A stretch of DNA of 61,998 bases, filler included, from Rhabdomonas costata (Eukaryota), in assembly GCA_019059605.1 (NCBI GenBank). It is 23 parts of 23 records of this genome, joined end to end, with 100 filler letters (N's around TTAATTAATTAA, not from the genome) between each part and the next. Parts side by side here need not be neighbours in the genome. Positions count along the whole stretch, not along the records: positions 35,110 to 37,708 come from JAHMHO010002680.1; positions 37,809 to 40,408 come from JAHMHO010002681.1; positions 40,509 to 43,107 come from JAHMHO010002682.1; positions 43,208 to 45,806 come from JAHMHO010002683.1; positions 45,907 to 48,506 come from JAHMHO010002684.1; 18 more parts are not named here. One strand, 5' to 3'. The notes below the pieces were generated by a model. That model was given only the letters and a program-made list of their open reading frames with translations, did no database searches and was not told where the DNA came from. Positions 36,954 to 48,606 of the stretch are shown piece by piece (position 1 is the stretch's first letter; each line of letters begins with the position of its first letter). Made by a program: the position numbers and the translations under genes.

Positions 36954-37808
36954 GTGAGGCCTCCATGTGGAGGAATCAAACTGAAGGGGCAGTGCAATAA
37001 TGCATGCAAGACAGCGAAAAAAAACATCCGACCTGACCCTTCAGGTTGTGCCGGATATATTCTACACTGAAGAAATGACGCTCCGAATATGACGGTTACA
37101 TGGGGAGCGATATCCAGAAAGCGCAGAAGGTTATCACATGACCTGGGTCATCACATGAAATCTGTTTGCGAAGGTGTTATCCTGTGCGACCCTGAACAAC
37201 TCAACACTCACCTCGAGGTGGCGCGGCGAAGCGGTCATTCCCGAACATCGCGTAGTGCTGAGGAAAAAATGAACGAAGTAGTCGAAGGCATCAGTGACCG
37301 CCAATATTCTAAAGGGTAAAGGGTGCTCTCGTATCCGTGTGTGCAGTGCCTGCGAGCTGTTCTCTGTTCCGCTACTTGTGAAATGTCCTCTTCCGCACAC
37401 CAAATCCTGCCAGTCTGAATATAAATGATGCAACTCCCTGCAGCTTCGCCATCATGCAGGTTTTGTTTCAACTGAAGACGTCCCCTTTTGCTCTTTGCTC
37501 TTTCCTCTGCAGGGTGAGACGAAATGCAACCACCACGGATAAAAGACAAAGAAGTGAAGTAATTTGACGAGGCTTGAACTGGAATGGCATTGACACCATG
37601 AATCAACACATCCACGAATCAACAACTCCACGAGAAAAGAAATGTACTTTGGGTGGCTGCAAAGAAATGTGTTGAGTCTCCCGAAGCAACTTCGCGCGCT
37701 CCACCACANNNNNNNNNNNNNNNNNNNNNNNNNNNNNNNNNNNNNNNNNNNNTTAATTAATTAANNNNNNNNNNNNNNNNNNNNNNNNNNNNNNNNNNNN
37801 NNNNNNNN

Positions 37809-40396
37809 CGCCTTTGCTCAGGGCCTCGATGTCCTCCCCTGTGGCGCAGCCTCGCTCCTGTCGCTCTGACGGGCGAGGCCAGCTGGATCGCTCCATGGAA
37901 GGCCACTCCGTGTTTGTTTACCCTGAGGGAGGCACGCACACCGCACGCACCCCCGCTTTTTTATATCTTCTTGTGGTGCAGTGGGGAGGAGGTCATGGTA
38001 TGTGCAGGTGCTTGGCCTTTTTATGATCCAGCAACGCATACGGAGGTATTTAGTTCACGTACAGTATGTACTCGTCTCGTTTAGTCCGCGACCGGCAGCC
38101 GACCGACCGCAGTTCTCTAGGATAGAGCTCTTGACTTCTGCTAGCTTATCGCGACACTGCCGACGGCGCGTGGGGGTACCTGCAGAAATGTGCGTGTGAC
38201 TGGCTGACAGGTATTCATTTCGTTAGAAAGTAGCCCTCCTGAGTGGAGCTTCCGGGGAAACACAGGTAACTACAATTTTCTGGTTTTCTAACTTTCTAAT
38301 CGCATTATTGAATCGCATTATTTTGGGTAATACTGATCCATAATAATGCGATGACCCATGTGGCAAAGCTTTGAAACCCATAAGAACCCGCGAGGGGGAA
38401 GGTCTACACTGGTACACTTCTTCCAGAGCTTCCGGGGCCGGGCAGCGGGCACCCCGCCGGTAGCCGTCGGAAGGCTCCCAGGGTGTCGCCGACTTGGAGC
38501 AGCGGCACTCCAAGCGGGTATAATCCACTTCACTACCCACTCCCATCCTACCTGCGAGCATTCGCTTCCGAACGTGACTGCTTGCCCCTACCAAGGTGTT
38601 CGTGGAACGTGCGTGGGCATATTCCTTTTTTTGGCGCTCCATTCCCATCGTTTCACATGCCGCCGCCACGCTGTTATGTATGCGGGAGACATGGAGCTTG
38701 CGGATTTAGCATTCTTCTGGCAGATAGCGTTGCCAAAAGTTAGTTGGGGGTTGCTGAATATTTTTTCATGCTAATCATCTCCGCCCTCAACAAGAAAAAA
38801 AGCTGTTCGCCGCTTCGTGTTCCTTCCCTCGGTGCCTTCCGACTGGAACATTAGGCTTTTCCCTCTTAACTACCACCGTCGGTCATCTCTGTTTTGAGCG
38901 AAAAGCAAAGTTGTCCACGCTCCTGCATCCAGTTAAAGCTGATGCATCAGAAACCACGACGTCGGTGGGTACATCTCCTCACCCCCCGCCTTCAGCACCC
39001 TCTCTCCGATACTGTGTTTTTTCACAGAATGAGAGCGTCTGGGGATCCAACTCGGTGGGCCACCGGCTCCCATTCCAACGTACGTGCTGTTGTGGCACAC
39101 TTGCTCTTTTATGGGGTGTTTCGGTGGAGAAACCATAAAACGAAGCACACGCTTTTATTCAAGTTTGGAAGTCGATCCTAGTGGCCTGTCAAGGCCGTTG
39201 TGTTTGTTTCCACATTGTGTTTATTCTTTCCTACATCCTATCCATTGCATCACCTCAGTCCGCGATTTCTTTTTCCCTGGCACAGCCGTACAACGCCATC
39301 GAGGAGTTGCCTGCGGTTGCTCGGAGGGTGGTAAACTTTGACACGGTGGACGACACTCCACGGTACCCATCCTGAGAGTCTCAAAGTAGCTCCGTTGCGT
39401 TGCCGCTGCCCATCATGGAAGGACAGAGAGTGCTTATGTACAGACCGCGCTGTGGTCAAAGAATGTGCTATGTGCGTGTGCGCACCGTGATGCATGAGTG
39501 AATGTGTCTTCCGTGGCACGACACCAGCAGCTTTCCGTTGCTGAGATGGGTGTGAAAAGCCCAACCGAGGTATCCCTTTGGGAAATTTTGCTGTGTGTGT
39601 GGGTTCCGTCCACCAAAATAAGCCTAGTTACACCCTGAAATCGAGAACTTGGTCCGTAACGTTTCGTTTCACATCGTGCGTTGCGGCAAAAATGTGTGAT
39701 CAATGTGACCCAAAGGTTGGATTACACCGGTCAGGACTTTTGGGGTCTTCCTTTGAGATGTGCGGTCGGAGGGTGCAGCCCTGACAAAAAACACCGCAGA
39801 AGTCCCAGTTAAGCATTCGCGGGCCTGGGCGCTTTATGAGCGAACCTTTGTGATGGGCTCCAGGTGGGAATGGTGTCCATGTAATCAGCGAATAAACTGT
39901 CAGCCCGGCCCCACTGTGCATGCCTTCGTATGTCTGCTTCTTGGAGTGGCATGCTGCGTAATCCCAGCACAGGCAATGCACCTCCTCTAAGAATAGGTAT
40001 AGGTCCCCAGCCACCTTGTGGGGTGGTTTCGATGTAGTTCAACGTGTGAAACTCCCGGCTGGAGAGGGATGTTGTGCGGCAGTGGAGCGGGAACGGAGAA
40101 TGAAGAGTTCTGGAGCTGGTGAAGGTCGGAGGGCTAGAGCTGATATCCGGGCTAGGCCGCCTGGGCACTCACTTGCAGCTTCCAGTGTACACCGTGATAC
40201 TGGCTGAAGATACTGGCTCTTTTTATGTCCAGACTGTGCCTTTCTTGTTGATAAACCCCCTTCCCAACCTCGAAGCCCTTTCCTTCTCTTTGATGTGCGA
40301 TTCCGATGGAAAGGGGGGAGCCGCTCTCGCTGAGGCTCCTGCGGATGCGCAGACCGTTTGCGCGGCGCTGTGCCAGGAACTTTTCGTGGCGGGAAG
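37809..40396 (+). CDS. Scattered candidate exons of an unknown protein (e.g. 39028-39079, 39286-39362, ~40232-40396)
   Basis: cag|NESVWGSNSVGHRLPFQ|gtacg; cag|PYNAIEELPAVARRVVNFDTVDDTP|gtacc; cag|TVPFLLINPLPNLEAL...CQELFVAGR|gtaac. Confidence 0.4.
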
Positions 40397-40592
40397 GTAA
40401 CCAAAACANNNNNNNNNNNNNNNNNNNNNNNNNNNNNNNNNNNNNNNNNNNNTTAATTAATTAANNNNNNNNNNNNNNNNNNNNNNNNNNNNNNNNNNNN
40501 NNNNNNNNTTGCACGTTTCCTTCTTCCAGCATGCCAGATTTTTGATGTCATTGGTTTGACATATGTGACATGGGCGGTGTGTATTCATTCAG

Positions 40593-43107
40593 GCGTATAC
40601 GTTGCAGTACTTCGGCACCTTTCTGTACTGCATCCCGGGAGCCCGCGAAGTGATCCAAGCAGAGCAGCTTTGCATGCCCACTGGCGCTAGCGAGCTCGTC
40701 CGCGAGACGCCCTCCCCGTCCGGGGAGGTGATCTCCTGGGAGATGACCCCGGCTTACGTGGGGCTGCCCGCACTGGCCTCCCATGTCTTTGGGTGGTGTG
40801 TACGAGCCTATGTCGACACCCTGGACTGCAGCCTGCACGTCAAGTGTGACCTGGGCCAACTGGAGAGCTACGTCCACCCCTTCGTCATTGCTCTGATGGC
40901 CGTGGAGGAGGAGCGAGCCGTTGTTGGGGGTCTTCCCGTGGTGGACACCATGCTGACTCGATTTTTGCAGGCGGCGAAAGTCTCGCAGAGGCCTGACGCT
41001 GTTAGCTCTGTCTCCGCTCTTGGGGCCTCCATTCTCCGTGTCCGAGAGGGGCTAATTCACATGGCACTGTCTCTGCGAATCGGAATCTTCAACTCGGCGA
41101 TGCAAGACAAGGTTCTGGTCCACTGCCTGGGCACCCAGTTCACGATGGCCGAGCAGGCGGTCAACGAGATGGTATGGTGTGTGGATCACAAGTTCATCAC
41201 GGTGCCCCACCTGGAGGCCGCGAAGGCCTCGGTGGCCCCCGTGCAGCGCAACGACGAGCTCCCTCTACTGTGCTATAACGCTATCCGGCAGTGGGCATGC
41301 CAGACCCAGTCCCAGTGCTCCTCCCACAAGTTGCCCACGAAGGTTCTTTCCGAGCTGGCTGCTGCGGCCGCCCCGTGTTCACTGGGTAGTGTGATCTGCC
41401 GTGCAGAGGGAGCGGAGCCTTCTCTGCTGCAGTCGGCAGCGCACATCTCTCAGCCCTGCATCTTCAGCTGCCGCTCGAAGATGCCCGAGCACGACGGAGG
41501 CTCCTCCTCATCTGCTCGACCGACCGCTGGCCTGGGTACCACCCTGCTCACAGCAAGTGGGGAGGCTGGCGGCAGGCTGACCCCTTCGGCCCCAGTGACC
41601 ATCCTTTGTGCTGACCTCCTGGAGGTCAAACCCAGTCAGGGCTATGGGGTGCTCAGAGTACGCCCTGGCCGAGAGTGCTTCCTGCACCGGGTTAAGGAGG
41701 GTTTCCTGCAGCTCAGCCGAAGCAGTGGTGGAGGGCAGGCCGTGGTTGCGAGCTTCCCCAACAACGGCATTGCCTGGGAGTACATTCAGGAGCTTGAGCC
41801 CTTGAGCACGCTGATCTGTGAGGGATTCCTGCTGAAGAAGGCGCTTGCCGGGCAGTGGACCATGGTTCTCGCGCTGTACCGCTTCCCGACTCGGCTGGCG
41901 TTCAGCACGGAGACCATGGAGCGGGGAGCCTACCACCTGTTTCATGCCTGGAACATCCTGGACACCCGGGCGCTGTTTGCGTACGACATCCTGGACGAGG
42001 TGGCGGAGTTCTTGCTCCTGATCTGCCGCTACGTGTATGTGGTGCACACGCAGACCAACCGGGACGCCGATGCCGTGCCGGTGGCCGACCTGTTGCAATG
42101 GTTCCGTGCCCACCCTGCGGCGGAGGCGTTGGAGACCATCGAGGAAGAGCTTGTGAAGCTCATTTTGGACGTGCTGGGACGTCTTCTACACAAACGACCT
42201 GGGATGATTACAATGGAAGCCCTGCTGAAGCAGTGCGTCCGTGGGAAAGCCGCGGTGTGGCTGTTTGCCCGATGCGGGGCCCCGTTCGGGGGATGCAGCT
42301 TCTTCGACGCCTTAGTGCAGAACTTCTTGCAGATGCTCAGCCGGCGCTCCACCCTGCAGCTCCAGTCCGTTCTTAACCGAGACCTGGAGGAGCTCTCGCC
42401 CATCTTGGGCCCAGCCGCGGCCCGAGGTGCCTCGCGAATGCTCCGCGTGCTGGATGAGTACTGTGAAGAGGAAGAGGACCTCGAAGCTGAGGACGATGAG
42501 CTGGAGCGGGCGCTGCGGGCTCCCCCGGCAGTGCAACCCTCCCCTCAGGGGACACCCCTGCGGGGCGGGGCGGCCTCTCGGGGCCCCACAGGCAGCACTT
42601 CGCTCGCTCGCGATGCCTGCAGCGAACATGGTTCTAGCGGGACCTTGGGCATGCCTGAAGAGAATCCTCGCCCAGAAGCGACCTCGCGAGGTGTGTCGCA
42701 CGTTCAGTACCGCGAGCGCTTTTTAAATAACTTCGCTTATAGCGCGAAATGCAAAAGGGAATTCGTTTTTTCCGGGTGAACCATCACTTTTCAAATTTAA
42801 CCTAATGATACGAGTTTACCCAGTTAACGCTAGTCATATCTGTCGTCTGTTGCTCTCTGTGTATTGTATTTTTCGTTGTCTCTGGATGATGGGCAGGATC
42901 GTGTGTGAAACATATGGATTTTCTTGGACTTTATCTTCTAGCGAAACGAATAGGCATCGTAACGCCAGTGTTTCATCGTGAATCGGTAAACCTGCCACCT
43001 CACGAAGGTCCGGTGGTTCCCACCCTGGCGCTGCGTGGGCTGTCCTGTGAGGTCGACGAGGCTGCCACGGTCCCGGACCGCGGTGGTGGCGCTGACAGCG
43101 TGTCCAA
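40593..43107 (+). CDS. Large unknown protein; very long internal exon 40593-42690 plus exon 43008-43107
   Basis: A 725-codon stop-free, GC3-rich frame. The phase-1 GT-AG join at 42691-43007 is consistent with the next frame (GPVVPTLALRGL). Confidence 0.8.
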
Positions 43108-43377
43108 NNNNNNNNNNNNNNNNNNNNNNNNNNNNNNNNNNNNNNNNNNNNTTAATTAATTAANNNNNNNNNNNNNNNNNNNNNNNNNNNNNNNNNNNNN
43201 NNNNNNNGGTGTGTTTTTGTTAGGGACAGCTTTCTATTCCCCCGCGGTCCACTTCTCCTTTTTGCGGTTCTTTCCGTTACCACAAAGTTATGCAAGCGCG
43301 AACAGCCAGACACAGCTGTCCCAAGGTGAAGCAAAAGAAATTCCGCCTTCCCCTTCGTCTTGTACTTCCCATTGCAG

Positions 43378-43883
43378 AGCCCCACAGCTCCTCCTCATCG
43401 AAGAGTACCTCTGCCTCCCACGGCCTGCGAGCCGTGGTGAGGCTTCCTACGCAAGACCTTCTGCTACGCGCCCTTCAACCCACCTGCCCAGGCCTGCTCT
43501 CCCTTCATATCTTCGACACTGGCTCCAAAGGCAGGGCGATGTTCTCCACACCGGACTCCGCACAGGTCCTCCTGAAGTCCGCGGAGCCTGGAACGGAGAG
43601 GAGGCTTGGGGGTTCCCGGGTCCGGTTTCTGCCCGAACCCCCGACCGCACTCACGGCAGAGGTGGACCGGGACGCATTGGTCTCGGCGGTGGTGCTGCCC
43701 CCGCTGGGTTTGGCTGGGGTCTGCCGGGCCGAGGTGGCGGCCAAGGGGTATGTCCGTTTGAGCTTTTCCACGACCGCCCAGGCCGGGGTACTGCTAGGGA
43801 GGAAGAAGGTGACTGTCCTCGGGATGAATGCAGAGGTCTGTCACCCCAAGGTCCTCGCGGCGACGGCGGAGGAGGCCGATTAA
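43378..43883 (+). CDS. Terminal exon, possibly with degenerate RRM-like folds
   Basis: ttgcag acceptor followed by an open frame to TAA, with two beta-alpha patterns (KGRAMFSTPDSAQVLL; KGYVRLSFSTTAQAGVLL) reminiscent of RNP1-F...A motifs. Confidence 0.5.
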
Positions 43884-45057
43884 CAGTTCGGGTGATCGGT
43901 GCTCGGTAACTCCCTCGGCAGACTCTTTCTGGCTTCTGGCAGAACACTCAAGGGGCGATTGCGTCTGCAGGAGATGTCTATGTGGAATTTGGAGGAGACC
44001 CTGTTGTACAGGTTCACTCTGTATATTTTGTGGTGGATGTCCGAACTGTTACGAACCTGCAAGCTTCGGGCATTTGATAATGGCCGATTGTGCCCCCCCC
44101 TTCCCCTCATCCGGCGAGATACTGTCATCTCGTTTGCTTGCATTCCTTCAACTGAGGAGGTTAGTTAAATGTGCGCAGAAAAATTTAGAAAGATTCATCT
44201 CAAGAGGCTCTAATAAAAGGAAGTCAAAGCAGGTGCTGAGTCTTTGTACTTGTATGCTTTCGTGTTGCAGACACGATCGCAGGAGGGACTGATGTTCCCG
44301 GAAATATTGTGCCACTGGAGCCCCAACATGAAAGTCTTTCATTTGTCACCCCCCAGAGATATCCTCAGCCAAGTGTATCTGCCGCGCAGCCACGACCCCA
44401 GAGTACCCTCCCCACTTTACCCTTCTGCCCCTCCTCCGTCCCACAGCACCCTTCCTCTTTTTTATTGCTCACCACCCTTATCTTTGGTGAGAAAAGAGAG
44501 AAAGTAGCGAAAAAAAAGTTGGCTGGTTACACCCCCACGTTTGTGTTTCTAAAAGAACGAAGTTGACGTCGATTCCACGGCGGGCTATATGACCAATTCA
44601 CCTTTTCCTGGTTCGTGGAATGCGAAATTCATACTTAAAAATTTTTAAGCTAGCATTTCAGGCAGAACATCAGATCACCCAGGCTTGGTCTGTTTTGCCC
44701 CCCTCCCCCCTAAACAAACCTGTGAGTAGCGCCGCTACGCACATGTGAATAGAGGGGAGGATGACGAAGCAAACTATCCAAAGAGCCGATTTTTTGGCCC
44801 CCCAAATGGCTTTTTCGAGGCCTTGAATCAGGTGCACCGAAGCAGGTCAAAAATGGGGCGTGTTGAAAAACCGACCTCCCGGATAGATCTTTCCGATTTT
44901 TTACTCATGCAGGACCACACTATTCGAGTGCAAAGCGCCCTCCTTTGTGTGCGCGTACGCGGTGTGTGACCAGCATCGTTTTTACCAAAACAATGGGACA
45001 ATAGTGCAACGCCGCATTTTGCTTCACAGGAGACCAATTATCCGTCCTTTGTAAGGT

Positions 45058-45806
45058 TCAAAAGTGTTCAAGGTTCAAACCACTTTGGGGAGAGATGAGC
45101 AGGCAAGCAGAGTTGCACACCAATGCTGGCGTCAGGCAGGCCAGAACTTCCGGTTTCTGGTGCATCTTCGCTAGAGTAAATGGAGTCGAGCACTGGGAGT
45201 CCATAGTGGTGGTGTCAGCCCCATTCTCTATCAGCAGATTGCAAAGGTCGGCATCAGTCTCTGTGTTGTGGGAGATTGCCATCGAGAGCGGGGTTCTTCC
45301 ATTAATGTCACTGAGATTAATGTCCAAATGGCCGTTTTTGAGAAGCCTGGACGCCGATCCATTGTTTGCGTAGGCGGAAATGCCAATAGCGGGCATCCCG
45401 GTCACGTCGGTCACGTTGGGGTCTGCTCGAGAATCCAGCAATATGCCCAACAAGGCGGGGCGGAACCGCAAGGCTTTTAGAAGTGGAGTCTCCCCAAACC
45501 TGTTCCTTATGTTCGGATTCGCTTTACCCTTCAAGAGAAGCTCAACCCCCACGCCAGTGGCCCAGGGACCGTCCAATGTCATTAAGTTTTCGTGGAGGGC
45601 AGAGTCCCCGAAACGGGTGCGAAGGTTGGGGTTGGCCCGCGCCTCCAGAAGCAACGAGCACGCTTGCACCGCAGTGGGCCGCTGGGACTTGGCGACGGCA
45701 AGTAAAGGAAACTCCCCAAGCTCAGCCCTGCAGTAGTCGAGATTTGCTTTGGCGTCCACCAGCAAAGAGATGGGTTCCATGTCGTTATACCGGGTCACAC
45801 AAAAAA
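45058..45806 (-). CDS. Ankyrin-repeat protein, C-terminal part (about 5 repeats)
   Basis: LLLEARANPNLRTRFGDSALH; LLLKGKANPNIRNRFGETPL; LLDSRADPNVTDVTG; DINLSDINGRTPLSMA; LLIENGAD. Confidence 0.9.
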
Positions 45807-46075
45807 NNNNNNNNNNNNNNNNNNNNNNNNNNNNNNNNNNNNNNNNNNNNTTAATTAATTAANNNNNNNNNNNNNNNNNNNNNNNNNNNNNNNNNNNNNN
45901 NNNNNNTGTTTGTGGTGTGGAACCTTTCGTTTTGTGCCTCCATCTTCTCCTCTCTCCCTATGAATACCCTGTGAATACCTTGGCGCTTCTCTCTTCTCCC
46001 GTTCTGTGGGTCATTTTGGTGGACCATTTGGGAGCACCCTGCACATTCTGTTATGTCTCTTCCTTTAAAAAAAAG

Positions 46076-48297
46076 GTTTGACATTGGGACCACGCTGCAC
46101 GCCTCGAAGATCCTCGAGTGCGGCGCCATTGCCTGCAGCCCAGGTAATGGCGCACAGATAAAATATCGCTCACGGCAAGCCCTCGCGCCCATCACCTCAT
46201 CACTTTTCACCGCGGATGGAGACACAGTGCTCCGTGCTGCATTCCTGAAAGGGGGAAGGACAGTGGATCAGACTTGTGCATCTCTTGGTCTCATCGGAGC
46301 AGCCTCCCATCTCCAGAGGTTGAAGATAAGGGAAATTTCGATTCCTGTTGATTTTCCCCCTCTTCTCGACTCCGTGTGTGTACGTGTGCGTGTGGGAAGG
46401 CTCTGGCGCGGACTGCTTGGTGGCGGAGCTGCACCGCGACGGCCACGCGGAGTTCTTCGCCCCCAACCCCGCACGGCGGCCCACCTGCGCCTCCGTTGCG
46501 GCACACACGCTGTACGAGAAGAGCCACCCCAACCTCTTCCACCTCCCTGGCGGGATCCTGGACACCACAGCCACAGAGTTCACCCAACTCAGCGAGAGGT
46601 CCCTCTCTCCTCTCTCCGTGAGATTGCAAGCACACGTCATTTCCATGGGCCGTTTTTCTCCCATCAGTCTCTCCCACATCCAGGGTTGGTTTGCGTTTGT
46701 TGTTGCTGCCGCTGCTAGTGCTTTTGTTCGTGCACAAAATGAAAGCAACTATTTTTTCATGACTTTCCGTGTTTCAAGAGTTTCCGTTTCAAAAACGATA
46801 AAAAACGATTAAAGAAAGAAACATCAGCACCAATGAATGCAAGGGTAAACGCAGTAAAAATGAAATCCTATCATTGTATTAGAAATCGCGGGTGATTTTG
46901 GTGGCGGTCAAGAAAATTTTTTTCAGATTTTAGGCCGCTCTGCACATCTTGTTGTCAAACAGTTGCTTTGCGTTCATGTGCTCACGTTGCAAAACGTAAA
47001 AACAAACCCACCTCTGCACATCTACAAACGATGTTGTACTGAACTCTCCGCACCTGAAAGGTCCACTCGTACCCCGCGCACCTCCCCAACCTCTTTTCTT
47101 GCGAGGGGGGGGGGGCGGTTGCCTTGTCTGCGCTCTCGTGTCTTCTTTCTGTCTCGGGTCCGGTAAGCATTCACTCACATGGGTTTTCCGTTGCTTTTGT
47201 TGCATCGGCCTCTTATTTGTTGTCATGACCACACAGGCGGGTGGGGATCCGGGGCACCCGGTTTATCCCTACGGGGCCCTCCCTAAAGCTGGAGGGGGCG
47301 TACTGCGTGGGTCACCGCGTCGTTTCCGTGCTTCCCCTGCGCACCCTGCAGGGCGTCCCCGAGGATGTCCCTGTTTACGGTATGCGGTTTTGCATCTGCG
47401 TTCACAAGGGATATGCAAAATGACGTGCCGCAGAGGGATGTTGGGAGTTTTTCGCGCTTGTCGCTTCCGCAGTGCTCCGTCCTCCATTGGATGCCGCATC
47501 GTGCGGCGCGCGATAAGAAGTAACAGTTTTGCGTGCTTGAAAAGGTTCTGATGGACCTGGACTTGTGGGTTTGAGGAAGCCAACAACCTGAATCCTTGGG
47601 TCTTGAGACCTTGTGGCGAAAAAGCACTGAATCGGGAGGTTATGTCGCGATGCTTGGTTTTTGGTGCCCCCACCCCTCGTACAGATTTTCCCGCTAGATT
47701 GCCCTCCACCCCATCGTGTGTCTGTCCTGCTCGAAAGGACGGAATGCCGTCGAGGCCGTGCCAGTGCCCAAGGGGTTGTCCGAGATGGGCATCTTGGTGG
47801 TCGTCCGGTCGCAGGATCGCCAGAGCGCAAAGGATGTGGCCGGGGTGGCTCGGTCCAGCCTCCTCCACTACCACTATCCGGGGTACGAGTGACCTCATCT
47901 GTGGTGGGAAGTTCAGGGTGGGAAGTGTTTTAATTGACTCAGCTACACAAAAGTGTCCTCCTCAAACACAAAGCGTGGTGGATCAGGTCAGATGGGAGAT
48001 AGGAATCGTGCACTCTCTTCTTCTTGTGGATCCCACTGAAACTCGATTACCGAATTAGCGAAAAAAAATGTCACCCGTCATTGTCGGACTCGACAGGGGC
48101 AGCGGTTCAACATGAGCAGTGGCTGGCAGTCATCCCACCCACCCACACCCTATGATTAAAAAGGCGCAAGGCCACCTCTGGGAATGTGGCCTTCCCGTTC
48201 TCACCGTCTGAAGTGGAGGTGCCCAGCGCGCAGGGGCTGGGTCAGCCTCCTTTCACCTTCTTCTTCCTGGCCGGAACCCGGGACCCGCTGTTTCAAG
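46076..48297 (+). CDS. AtuA/DUF1446 (acyclic terpene utilisation)-family protein, bacterial-type (exons 46076-46143, 46400-46598, 47237-47379, 47738-47882, 48164-48297)
   Basis: Four phase-consistent GT-AG introns give FDIGTTLHASKILECGAIACSPGSGADCL...SVAAHTLYEKSHPNLFHLPGGILD...ERRVGIRGTRF...KLEGA...VYGRNAV...ARSSLLHYHYPGRKATSGNVAFPFSPSE. Confidence 0.8.
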
Positions 48298-48606
48298 GTG
48301 TGGGTCCATCCTCACCCCGTTCCACTGCTGGTGTTTCCGTCTCTTTGCATAGCTCTTCAGCTAACCTTTGCAACGAGACAAGGATCAAGGATGGGTCAAG
48401 GATTGAGCCTTTCTGGCTGCCCCCCCCCCCAGTCAACTCCTTCACTTTCCATTGTCCCGTGTTCCACTCTCCCATTGCCTGTACCTCACTAATCTCCCAC
48501 ACAAACNNNNNNNNNNNNNNNNNNNNNNNNNNNNNNNNNNNNNNNNNNNNTTAATTAATTAANNNNNNNNNNNNNNNNNNNNNNNNNNNNNNNNNNNNNN
48601 NNNNNN

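Noticed and set aside
37880..37932. PlsC acyltransferase from SVFVYPEG
   Set aside because: A single short motif; the following exons show no acyltransferase motifs.
38375..38517. In-frame TAG readthrough in a coding-like stretch
   Set aside because: The TAG at 38461-38463 is more simply a splice acceptor. Other genes use standard stops.
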